A stretch of DNA of 62,033 nucleotides from Chara braunii (taxonomy: Eukaryota; Plantae; Charophyceae): contig BFEA01000029.1 of the NCBI GenBank assembly GCA_003427395.1, positions 4,066,230 to 4,128,262 on the forward strand, given 5' to 3'. The notes beneath the pieces were generated by a model. That model saw nothing but the letters and a program-made list of their open reading frames with translations, was not told the origin of the DNA and made no database searches. Positions within the stretch are counted from its first letter, which is position 1; each line of letters begins with the position of its first letter. This document shows, piece by piece, positions 1 through 11,667 of the stretch. The translations under genes were made by a program, and so were the position numbers.

Positions 1-372
1 GTCGTCCATAATGACTCTCCTGCCTCTCACCGTCCTGATGGCTGCTGCTGCTAGGTCATCACGTCGGCGTGCCTCGCGTGCCATAGGCAGACCGTCAGTC
101 CCTGAACTCTCCCCCTCCTGGCGTCGATCTAAGGGCACATGTCGGTTCTGCCTCAGTCGTGTAACAACATCAGGCTCCTCCAAAATAATCGACGCCTCTC
201 TCAAATCGTATGTCCGCGGCGGACCCACTGCGTTCGTCGTGGCACCACCTGCACCCTCATGTCTGTCGTCACCGTCACCACCACTGCCACCGCCGCCACC
301 CCCTCTACCGCCAAACCCTGCAGCTACAACATCTCGACGTCTCGCGCTCGTGGAAACCCCTATCAAACCTGG

Positions 373-3300
373 CTAACGACCGGCACTCGCCGTCGTCACC
401 CGTCTCGTCTCACTCCATGGTCGATCTGTGCGACCGAACAACATGGTGTCCAGCAACTCCTGCGCACGCTGGGTAGTGTCTCTCCGTCTACGGGCAACTG
501 ACCTCGGGGTGAGGCTGCCGCCCTCCCTCGGAGCTGCGCTCAAGGGTGACGAAGGGCCTGCGGCGCCTCCAGATGGCGCTGCGACCGAACCTCCAGAAGG
601 TAAGTCCCCTGCGACCCCGCCCGATGCCGCTGCAACGGAACCTCCAGAAGGTAAGCCCCCTGCAGCCCCGCCAGATGGCGCTGCGATGGAACACCCAGAA
701 GGTAAGCTGGGGCTGGCTGGCCCCCAAGATAAGTCCTGCATGTGAGGCAGCTTCCCCTCCCCTGGGACTGACCTCAAAACGCGCTGGTCGATCTCCGTCA
801 AATCCCTCCTGCCGTGGTCCTCCAACTCCTCAATGGTGATAAAACCAAAAGGGAGGCTGCCTCGAGGCGTAGCCACATGCCTAATCTCCGGCCTCGTCCG
901 TGACGGTGCAAAAGTAGGGACCGGAAGTATGCACGTGCCCCTGCCTACACGTCGCTCCTCGACCGGGCCACCGCCATGTGCAGGACGCCTAAAACCCTCC
1001 AAAAACGGTGCCTGATGTGGCACCACTGGCCCCACAGCATTGCGAACCACCAAAGTCTGTGGCATCTCCTGTCCGTCCGCGTCACGCCTGTCCACCTGTG
1101 CGGGGTCTCCCCCGCCAGACGTGGACATCGGATCGGCCGCGGACGGCACCCCCGACCCGCCAGCACCAACGGTCCCCGCTACGGCCCCGTCCCCCCCGGT
1201 GGTCGGCGCTATCCCGTCCGCCTATGCCGATGGGCGAATATCATCAATGCACACTGACTGCCCCGTCGGTATGTCCTCCAGACCCGGGGACATATGCACG
1301 GCATGCTCGACTGAACCCGCAGGCAGAGGCACGCCTGCGACCTCCTTCAATGTCTCCTCTGGCCTCCGCTCCACGGCAGGATGTTGCGCCGGCTCCGAAC
1401 GTGGCTCCTCTGTCGGTGCCAACCCGCTCTCGTGCGTCCCCTGCTGGACATCCACTCCCGTACTCGAAACCTCTGCCGAAGCTGCCTCCCGCTGCATCGT
1501 GTCGTGAACCTCTGCGGAGTATCAGTGTGGGCAGCTGGCCCCGCGTCAACAGATGCCGGCGTAAATGTCCCCAGCTGCCTCTGTCAATCCTCGGCCGCAA
1601 GACGGGCGAGCTCCTGCGTCCTGGGGTCCCTCTGTGCCATGAGGCACGCTCGACGACTATCAAGCCTTTCCAGCCTCTCTGCAGATGTCTCTCCAGGGGG
1701 TGTCCGGTCCTCATCCCCCTCTGCCCCCAACATCACCTCTGCGCGCATGGCAGGGGAGAAACTACTCGGGTCCGCAAAGATGATCTGTCCCAATAAGTCC
1801 TGCATACCCACACTGATTTCCCCATGGGACTCGCTCTCTCCTAGGGCCAGACCCACACTCTCTCCCAAGGGCATACCCATATCACCAAACTCACTGAAAC
1901 CGCCTCCGCCGCCCATCGGTATCCCCTCAACTGCCGCATCAGCCTCGGCACCGCCTCCACCTCCGGCCAGCGCACCACCATCTCCACCAACCAACCCCTG
2001 TCTGTCTCCGTCGTCACCGTGCACCGGCGCAGGACCGCCCTCCAATCTGTCCTCCAATCGCTGTCTCGGGCCCCTCACCAATCTCTGCAATCGATCTGCA
2101 ATGGGTGGCTGTCGATGAAGCTGCTCCGTCGAAGTGGGAAGAGCTGTGGATGATGTCGTGCCAGAGTGACCCAGAGGACGATGGCCAATCCCCAACTCTG
2201 TCCCCCTCGAAGGTGCAGACCCAAGATCTGTCTCCCGCTTAGCGGGAAGCGAAATGGTGGACGTAGGCCTCGGACGCCTTAAAGGGCTCCCATGACGACC
2301 CCCAGACTCCTCCAAATCAACCTGAATGAAAAGGTCATCTCCGCCACTTCATCTACGGACGTCCTCTCGGTCGCTCCACTCATCACGCTCATCCGCCGCA
2401 GGAGTGGTGCTAGCGGGGCCCGCCGGCTCGTCCTCGTCCTCGTGACCCTCGGAATCACTGTCGNNNNNNNNNNNNNNNNNNNNNNNNNNNNNNNNNNNNN
2501 NNNNNNNNNNNNNNNNNNNNNNNNNNNNNNNNNNNNNNNNNNNNNNNNNNNNNNNNNNNNNNNNNNNNNNNNNNNNNNNNNNNNNNNNNNNNNNNNNNNN
2601 NNNNNNNNNNNNNNNNNNNNNNNNNNNNNNNNNNNNNNNNNNNNNNNNNNNNNNNNNNNNNNNNNNNNNNNNNNNNNNNNNNNNNNNNNNNNNNNNNNNN
2701 NNNNNNNNGGCGAATCCCGATACCTCCCTCCACGTCTAACAACGACTCATCTAGAGTCCACGGCAGCGCGAACCCGCGACCTGCTCGCTGATGAGATAAA
2801 AGGAGGACGTTGGCTGAGATCTCAACCAACTTCGCGACCTTCTCGAACTCAAGCCGGTTACGCTTCTTTGTCTGTACACCCTCGTGGACGGCCCAATTCC
2901 TCTCCGCAGGAGAGGAGCACGTCCACATGTACATCACACGAAGAGCGATAACCTGCAACTGCGGGGCGCACTGCCCGTACCTGGACCACCAACACCCGGA
3001 CTCGTACGTCTCCGCATCGCCCCTTCACCTCTGTGCATCTCTGTCTCCGTCTCTCCCCCCCCAAGCAATCGTCCCCCTCAGTGTGTGGAAGTCGCGCAAC
3101 TGTGCACATGCAGTCCCGTAGTCGCGGCTCGCCACACTGAACCCTGTCTGCGACAAGATGTAAGTTTCCACCTCCCTCACCAAGCTCGCGTCGTAGTCGG
3201 TGACCACGCCCTCGAAGTACGACAAGTACTGCCGGTTGGGACAGAGGAGGTGAGCAGCGGCTTGTGCCGGCTCCAGCATGTGAGCGCATCGAGCCTACAC

Positions 3301-5004
3301 CCTCTGCACAATGTAGTGTGCAAGATTTGGCGGAAGTGCACAAACCTTCTCTGCCACCTGGCGGGCCAGATCCTGCGTCCACTCAACCACCCGCGACATG
3401 TGCAGCCCTCCGCGGTCCAACCTGCGCAGCAGGTCGTACACAGGCTCCATGATACGGAGCAAGATGCCCATGGAATCCCACCAACTGCCATGTCGCACCT
3501 GCCACCTGACCCACCTAGCCAAATGACGAACCGAATGGTCCCAAGGGACCATACCCCAACTATCCACCGTCCTCTCCAAAGCTGACCTCACTGCCAGCAA
3601 ACGCTCCACCATCGCAAACACGGATGCAAAACGTGTCTCGCAAGGATAGATGAGGCCCATCTGACTGCTCTCCCCCCGGAAGATATGGAGAGCGGCTCCG
3701 TGCTCCTTAATGAAGTGCACCACCGGTCTCCCCCTCACGATGATGTCCTTGGACCACGGGACCGAACAGCCAATGTCTGACAACATCTTGTTGCAGACAT
3801 GCACTGCGCATGGGAGCCACGTGATCCGTCGATGCTCCGGCCTCTGCTGGGGCCCCTGGAGCATGTTCGTCACGGCGACATACGCCGAGGCGGAGTCGGT
3901 GCAGATGGCATTCACCCACTTAGGGGGGAAGTCATCGAACACCTTGATCCACCGCGCCAACACATCAGGCGCCCGATCCCGCTCACCCTCCCTGTTCATC
4001 GTCCGGACGAGCATCACCCCACGCGACCCACCGGCAAGGAAGTTAACGATGGGTCTAGCATCGCGTGACTTCCTTCCGTCTGACATAATGGTGGCCCCTG
4101 TGACATAGAAAGGAGCCCTGACCTCCGCGAGATCAGCTCCCACATCGTCCGCCGTGTGGACAATGGTCTCTATGTCCGCGATCTCATTCTCTGAAGGCCA
4201 CAACACCTTCACTGGCCCCGGCAAGTCCCTGAAGTGTCGGACGACGTCCAACCATGGCTCGCTCCGGAAGACGTTGAACCGCAGGCGCTGACTGTACACA
4301 AACCGCAGCCACTTCTTTTTGAACTCCATCTGCCACTTTGAAGTGAACGACTCCGTGATCGTGTTTTGTCTCATCCTCTTCTGTGTTGCGGCTGCTGCCG
4401 TCGGTTTGTCCCCCTCCTCTCTCTCCTTCCTCTTCCCCGCAGACGCACTTGCCTCAGGCGTATCCGCACCTGCCCGTGCACGAACCGACACGTGCGCCGA
4501 CGCTAAGTACTGGCCCTGCTGCCCCCCCGGCTCGCTGACAACGCCCTTCCCTCACTCCCTCCTTGACGACCCCGCCCGTGCAACCTCCTCGTCGTCGTCG
4601 TCCACATTGATCTGCTCCCCCGCGTCCCTCATCTCTCCCTCCCCCCCCTCGTCCCGTTGCAGATCCACCGCAGGCGCCGCACCGTGAAGCTCCTCAAATC
4701 GTTGTATCCGCTCTAGGAACTTCTCGGACATCTTGTACTCACTGTTATAGTGGATGTCGACAAGTGCCTCGTCTGTCACTTCCGGACATCCCTTGCCCTG
4801 GCGGAAATGGCGCGCTGCCACAAACTGGTTGCCCTGGAACTCGTGGCCGCAAAAAACGCACTTCAACATGTGATTGCCGCGGAATCTCTCGCCGAGACTC
4901 TATCCCACGCGGATGTACTTGTACACGCAGCACTTCTTCTACACCTTCAGATTCTCTTCCTCCCCCCCATCCTCAAACACCCGAGATTGACTTCGCGGCA
5001 TCAT
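373..5004 (-). pseudogene. hAT transposase pseudogene (BED zinc finger, DUF659/RNase H-like DDE core, hATC dimerisation domain, long low-complexity C-terminus)
   Basis: BED-like LKCVFCGHEF..ARHF..KGC (4552-4869). Core GATIMSDG...AICTDSAS...WLPCAVH...YPCETRFAS (3295-4491). hATC-like CSSPAERNWAVHEGVQTKKRNRL (~2800-2958). In-frame stops separate the ORFs, and there is an N-gap at 2464-2708. Confidence 0.9.
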
Positions 5005-5239
5005 GCCCGCTTGCCGATGGGTTCACCGAAGCGGTCCGCCCCTAGCCTGTCCCACGAAGCCCCAACTCCCGACGGCGTCCCTCCCCGCCGCAGGCCTCGT
5101 CGGGCCCACCCCTAGCTGCCCCCCCCCGTGTCGCCCCCCCCCCCCAAACCACCCCCCCAACGGTCTCGAATCCCCGCCACGCGCGGGAAACGCGATGCGG
5201 AACGCGCAAAGGCCGCACCCTGCAGCATTCGTTCAAAGA

Positions 5240-5341
5240 TATTGAACGCGCGTCCAACTAATTGAACGCGCGTTCGATAAATTGAACGCGCGTTCGATAA
5301 ATTGAACGCGCATTCAACAAATTGAACACGCGTTCAATTTT
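5240..5341. repeat. ~5 x 20-bp subterminal tandem repeat (ATTGAACGCGCGTTCRAYAA) of the hAT element
   Basis: Directly visible; the core GAACGCGCGTTC is palindromic and recurs at 6430-6525. Confidence 0.85.
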
Positions 5342-5447
5342 TAGCAACGTTGCGCGCCGATGACGTCCTCGTCGCCCGCCGCCTCGTTGTGCCGTCGACG
5401 TCCCCGCGCGCCTCCACGTCGTCGTCGCTCTCCACGCGTTGCGCCGT

Positions 5448-5461
5448 GTCTCTCTCTCTTT

Positions 5462-5549
<88 letters not shown>

Positions 5550-6142
5550 CGTGCGCGCGCTNNNNNNNNNNNNNNNNNNNNNNNNNNNNNNNNNNNNNNN
5601 NNNNNNNNNNNNNNNNNNNNNNNNNNNNNNNNNNNNNNNNNNNNNNNNNNNNNNNNNNNNNNNNNNNNNNNNNNNNNNNNNNNNNNNNNNNNNNNNNNNN
5701 NNNNNNNNNNNNNNNNNNNNNNNNNNNNNNNNNNNNNNNNNNNNNNNNNNNNNNNNNNNNNNNNNNNNNNNNNNNNNNNNNNNNNNNNNNNNNNNNNNNN
5801 NNNNNNNNNNNNNNNNNNNNNNNNNNNNNNNNNNNNNNNNNNNNNNNNNNNNNNNNNNNNNNNNNNNNNNNNNNNNNNNNNNNNNNNNNNNNNNNNNNNN
5901 NNNNNNNNNNNNNNNNNNNNNNNNNNNNNNNNNNNNNNNNNNNNNNNNNNNNNNNNNNNNNNNNNNNNNNNNNNNNNNNNNNNNNNNNNNNNNNNNNNNN
6001 NNNNNNNNNNNNNNNNNNNNNNNNNNNNNNNNNNNNNNNNNNNNNNNNNNNNNNNNNNNNNNNNNNNNNNNNNNNNNNNNNNNNNNNNNNNNNNNNNNNN
6101 NNNNNNNNNNNNNNNNNNNNNNNNNNNNNNNNNNNNNNNNNN

Positions 6143-6226
<84 letters not shown>
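5448..6226. repeat. (CT)n/(TCTA)n microsatellites flanking an N-gap (5562-6142)
   Basis: Directly visible. Confidence 0.95.
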
Positions 6227-6230
<4 letters not shown>

Positions 6231-6554
6231 CGTGCGTTCACTCGTTCACATGAATGTTCGACGCGCAATGCACGACTGTGTCGCGTGCGAACGCTCCCCC
6301 CGCTATATATCGCCCCGCGACGAAACGCGGGCCTTTTTTTCGGGACCACAACCTCCCGGGAGGCTCCCCTGAACACCGCCGACACTCCAGCGCCCTCAGA
6401 GGCACCCCCCCAGCCCTGACATACCCCTGCGCAAACGCGTCAACTGCGTTCAGGGGCGTTCATTGAATGCGCGTTCACAGCGTTCAAAAACGGAACGCCA
6501 AACGTGCGTTCAATGAACGCGCGGTAACATAGAATATAATGAAGGGAATTCGGG

Positions 6555-7325
6555 CAGGCTGAGCATACCCTTAAGTTAGGGCGGTTCAGTCCTATGCTCG
6601 TGATGATGTAAAGGAGCAGAGAGTTGGTATAAATCTTCTTTTATGTTCCCTTTTAAACACAAGGTAGGATTGGATGTCTCCCTAAGTTGGATGGGTCTGA
6701 TAATCTGCCAAATAAGAGAGAAACCTATAAAGTTTGTGCAAGTGTATCAGTGGTTGTTCTCATATATTGTCGTTACGGAGGCTAGGCGTACCCTTAAGTT
6801 AGGGCGACTTAGTCATACGTCGTTTGTACTTTGTTCAAGCAGATCAGGTGTACCCGTAAGTTAGCGCGGCCTAGTCACAGTATCTTATGTACATAAACCT
6901 GTTCAAGCTAGCTAGGTGTACCCTTAAGTTAGGGCGACCTAGTGATATGCTCTTGTCGTTGATGTTATGTAGGTTGGACGTACCCTTAAGTTAAAGTGGT
7001 CTGACCATTCGTTGCTTGTACTTGTTTTAGGCAGGTTAGGCACACCTCTAAGTTGAGGCAGTCTAATCCTATGCCCTATGTAACCTTGTCTAGAGCTGAC
7101 TAGGCATACCCTTAAGTTAGGGCAGTCTAGTTTATGCTTTATGTCGTTAGTTAAGTAGAAGCCAGACATACCCTTAAGTTAGGGCGGTCTGGGCATATGT
7201 TTTATGACTAGAGTCGATGTGGTGTTGGGCATACCCTTAAGTTAGGGCAGTCTAGTTGTGTGTACCTTTATCTGTTTACTTAGGCAGGTTGGACATACCC
7301 TTAAGTTAGGGCCCTGTCTGATCGT
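6555..7325 (+). repeat. Array of 11 hairpins with invariant loop (RTA-CCCT-TAAGTT-AGGG-CR) and variable complementary outer stems, 62-68 nt period
   Basis: TAAGTT loops at 6572, 6683 (degenerate), 6795, 6857, 6925, 6987, 7049, 7113, 7175, 7238 and 7302. Confidence 0.9.
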
Positions 7326-7719
7326 ATGTCATAAGTGAGGGGGACGTAAGAAGGGAAAGAACGGAGTGATCTAACGAACTATTCGGCCTAAATCGATGTG
7401 GGACTGTGAGAGATGTATGTTTATTTATGTTTGTGGGCTCTCACTCTGGGGTGTCATTTCGATAGGTTAGCTGCTTAGATGCTCACCAAGTGTTGGAGCC
7501 ATAGGTAGATGAGATGGATGATGGGAGGGAGAGCTTGGGATAAAGATAGGACTGACCTTTCTTGAAGGTAAAATTGATGATAGCACACGATTCCATCTTT
7601 TGGAGGGGATCGTGTAAACTATCTTCAGTCCTAACTACAAAGCAAGTGTCAGAAGTTAGTCCCAAGTACAACTTTATTTTGTCTTTGTGTTTTCAGCTTT
7701 GTATAAATTTTGACAGCCT

Positions 7720-7930
7720 CCTGTTTCTACGGGAAGCGCGACTGAAATTTCTACATATCTGAGAGAGTTAGTTATTTTAGGACTTGTAGAAATTATGGAA
7801 AGGCATATTTCCTACGGGAAGCGCTGCCAAAATTTTGTAGAATTTGGAGAGTTAGATTATTTTTAACTAGGAGGAATCTGACAATCCATCCTGTTTAGGG
7901 GATATGCTGCCATAATTTCTTACATTTGTA
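7720..7930 (+). repeat. 3 copies of the (T)TTCTACGGGAAGCGCTGCCAAAATTT..GAGAGTTAG unit shared with element B
   Basis: Copies at ~7724, ~7808 and ~7893 (degenerate). Confidence 0.7.
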
Positions 7931-10041
7931 GATAAACATCAGAGGTTAGTTAGAAAGGTAGGATTATTTCTTGATCACTCAAACATGGCTTGGGTATTGG
8001 CCTGTGCTGCATTGCAGGTCACCTTTATTTAGATTGATTCAGGGCTTGACTATCTTCAAGCTGATCCTACAAGGATCACCCTCTGTTATCCTTAGATAAC
8101 AGGTCGGTTTCCGACTCAACTCTAATTCACTCTTGCCACTCAACCTAAAGGCTTTAGCCCTGTGGTTTGATTTGTTTTGTTGTGTTTTTGCCCAGACTTT
8201 AATTGGATGGCCATTTAATAAAGATGCTGAGTATTTTATTTTGAGACTCGCACAAAGAGTGAGGTTTGTATGGTTAAAGCGAGGGGTGCGAGCGCTGAGA
8301 ATGGTTGAAGTTGACCCCGTGTAGTGTGTGCTCTGTTGATGTGGATCTTTGATGTGATTGCAGGTATGTTTTGTGAGTTGAATCCAGACTCGATTTTGTC
8401 AATGATTATATATATACTTTTGAAAGAAGCCGCACTGTGATTGTGAGAGTGATCGTCTCCTATCTCATAACTTTTATATCATATTTTTTTGTGTCTGCAC
8501 GACCCATTGAGGTCGCACACAATGATTAAATAAGTTCTGCATCGAGAGAAAATAGAGAACCCTTCTTAGCTCTTGCTTTTTAGGATTAGCATGGTTGGAC
8601 GTTGTAGTCTGTGACAGCCGTCAAAGTCAAACCCCTTGATCTCTGGCCGCCACGACAGCTTGGAGTTGTCTACTCAACCCCTTTGCACAGAGTGCAGAAG
8701 AGGGTGTGGTCTTCAACCGCGCATGGCCGTTGTCCAGCGTCGAGAGATTAACCCTCAAGGCGCGTGTCAGCCGACACTTGAGTGTCGAACGAGACCCTCG
8801 AGATTAACGAGGATCGCTTGAGTATGGGTACTAGATAGTACGCCACCATTGCGACCGCTTGCGTATGCTTGCATTGCAAATCGATATGAGTTAGCCCTAC
8901 GTCCACACGGTTTTATACTAAGCCTCGCATGTAACGCTTATCCGATTTTTGCATCAGAAAGTTATGGGTTGGATGCTGAAGGGAATAAGAGTATTGTTGC
9001 GTTGTTGTGTTGTTGTGTTGTTGTATTGTTGTGGTGTAACGCGTCGATGCGTCCTAGTCGACCGGCGTTGAGTCGCGTTTGGGACCTCAGCCCCCTAGTG
9101 CGTCGATTCGCGTACGGGTTTGACCTTTGGGCGTTCGACCGCGCGTATCCCCTATGCTACAGCGAACGAGAAACGCCCTCGGCTGGGCCACCTCTGCAAT
9201 CGCATACGAAAAACTTTCACATGTGGTTCAGTAGCTCGGCAGGTATATGCTCACCTAAGGGATGGTGACAACTCCCACAGGTGGAGGTAAGCGGTGCCTT
9301 GCGTCACCTTGTCCTATCGTAGGGGCTCGCGAGAGGTACGGCTAGCGCACTCGGCCGGAGCGGCAAACGCTCTGCGTTACAAGTCCTGCCAAATCCTGCG
9401 TGATGCGGCGGAGAGGGTCCCCGTGCGGGACCGATGCGCTCGACATCAGATTCCGAGTTTTGCAAGGAGCGTTGTCAGTCCCTTGTTCGAAACCGAGATC
9501 CTACATGTGTTCCTCCTCCTTTTCCGCCAGGGAAAAAACGGTACGTCGATCCCGATGAAGTTCAAAGATACTTTTTGGATTAGATAGTTGTTGGGAAGGA
9601 ACCCTTTTATGTTTTTCCCGCTTTGTTCGTCACTCCATCTTTGGGACCATACATGAGATTTCACTTATGTTTGCGTCCCCACACTCAATTTTTCAAAAAT
9701 CCTTGACACACCCCATTTGACATTTTCCAAACCCGTTTCCACGCTTAGTCACTCCGATGGGAAAGATGTGTAGGGCGTGAGGTTTTAGCGTCACATGACA
9801 TCGATCTTTCTTGGCGATGAATCACTGATGCCAGGAGAACTTGGCCCTAAGGGGCAGACCTCGTTCGACACCAGATATAACATGTCGGACGACGGATGTT
9901 GAGACCTCAACATATACTTACATTAGTGAAGCTTGCCATTAAGGGTTAGGTCCCACGTTTGCTATATCTGGCTGAAAAAATGGTCAGGTTTCTATCGCGA
10001 TGGTCATGCTAGCTTAGCACGACCATAGCACCATTCAGGCC

Positions 10042-10400
10042 TGCAACATGCCTTTGGCTGCCCTGGCCTAGAGCCAAGGCTATTTGGCTATTTTGCCTAC
10101 TCTGCATGTGGAGTCAGGCCGTGGTTTGACCCCACATGCCATATGTTCATTCAGTCTAGTCATATCCTGCCCGTTACCACTATCGGTACCAGGCCATTTA
10201 TATCCAGTCCAATCCTTCTATTGGGGGTATCCCCCTGCTGCAGTTTGTTTTTCCTCATGTTTCATTTGCAAAGTTAAGAGTATGTGTGTGTTGAGTCTGC
10301 ATCGGAGTTGCATTATTCCCTCCAACTCCATCTCAATCTCCTCCTTCCTCACCTTTTCATCTTGATCCTAATGGACCGCCACCCCGGCGGATCCGTCACA
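10042..10400. repeat. Short LTR-like repeat (family C), ending CCGTCACA
   Basis: Clear similarity to 57695-58292 (GCTGCCCTGGCCTAGAGCC...CATTCAGTC...GGGGTAT...GTTGAGTCTGC...CCGTCACA). Confidence 0.7.
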
Positions 10401-11667
10401 CTGAAACAGAACGGGAACATGCCCCGCTCCCGGCCATCCTTCCCTATTTAACAACAAATCCCGATTGTTGGATTTTTCAGTTTTTTTGCGTCAGCGAACA
10501 AGAAAAAACAGGGGAAAAACCAGCTTAGCAGAAACAGTAGGGGAGAGCACCATGTGACAAAAAAGGAGAGTGATCACATTGTCAGGGGAAAAACCAACAT
10601 AGCAGCAGCAGTGGGGGAGAACACCACGTGGCAAACAAGGAGAGTGTGATCACAGCACATGCGCGCAAGCACCAAGACCAAGGCTGTCGCGCGGGTGTGC
10701 GCCCACGCCCCGCTGGCCCCACTGCCTCGTCCTGATGTCGACTCATCACATCCTGGAGCTGGAGAAAACGTAACCTTCTCTCCTCAATGAAAACTTGGAG
10801 GTAATAAACGAGTTCAAAACGATGAAGGCATAAATTACAAGGTTAAGTTAACGTCGTGGTAAGAACCTATTCTGAAGTCAAACGTGCTTACTTCTTTTAT
10901 ATCAATATTGAATTAAGTCGTTCGGCAGATATACTGAATACTCAATAAGTTATACACCACTTCAAATCTATCTTTTCGAGAAGGATAATCAAATCCACAA
11001 ATATCGATTAAAACTCGATATCTTGTGTTCGTATGATTTTTTTTTTTTTTAAGAATATTTGAAAAAAATTGTCTGGGTTGGTATATATACAAATTTTCGT
11101 TTTTGATATTTTATATTTGTTAATCCATTTTGGTAATGTAGCTATCAAAGATTTGAAAAACAATTGATTGTGCACAAACTACGCTCTCCTAGATAAATAT
11201 TATACAGATACGAGAAGTGCAACTATTAGGGTTTGAACTCCTATCTCCTCACTCCCACCTCAGGGCACCCTTTAGTTTGTTACTCCTCCCCCAGCTAGAG
11301 TACCCTCTCTGACTCCTCCACCTCCGACCCCGCACACCCCGCGAGTGGTTATCTTGCACATCACCGTGACGCAAATCCAGGCGGAGATACTTACCCTAAG
11401 ACAACCTCACCCTTTACAAACTGCCCACCCTTCTTCTTCTTTCACCCTCTCCTTTGCCGTCTTGCCTTACCACTCCATCACAGCAGCCCAAGGTCGTTGC
11501 CCAATTTACCCCCACCTCTACTGGTCTCCCCATCAGCGGCTACGCCCCGCAGTTCCCACACACTTGTACCCGTGCAAGGGCCCCGACTTTTATCGCCTCA
11601 GCCCTCTCCCCTCACCGTCATCACAGCGGACCACCCCTTGTGTACCTGTTGGATATACCCAACTACG

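Larger units (their letters stand above)
1..6532 (-). mobile_element. hAT-superfamily (DUF659-type) DNA transposon, decayed; the other end lies left of the window
   Basis: Transposase remnants on the minus strand. Subterminal ATTGAACGCGCGTTC repeats at 5240-5341 and 6430-6525. Composition changes abruptly after ...GCGGTAACATAG (6532); AATATAAT (6533-6540) would be the 8-bp TSD, but the partner cannot be checked. Confidence 0.8.
6533..9447 (+). mobile_element. Non-coding structured repeat element A (partial; homologous to element B)
   Basis: Colinear reverse-complement matches to 33065-35600, e.g. CTACGGGAAGCGCTGCC (7812 vs ~34900), CTGTTATC..GATAACAGGTCGG (~8082 vs ~34580), GCTACAGCGAACGAGAAACGCCCTCGGCTGG (~9156 vs ~33370), AGGGGCTCGCGAGAGGTA (~9321 vs ~33215). 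No credible ORF. Confidence 0.8.

Noticed and set aside
11-6466. Many plus-strand ORFs over the hAT element and ORFs spanning N-gaps or microsatellites
   Set aside because: Antisense shadows of a GC-rich gene, or artefacts of gaps and simple repeats.
6555-7325. CRISPR array
   Set aside because: Eukaryotic TE context with no cas genes; the repeat flanks covary as stems rather than forming identical repeats with foreign spacers.
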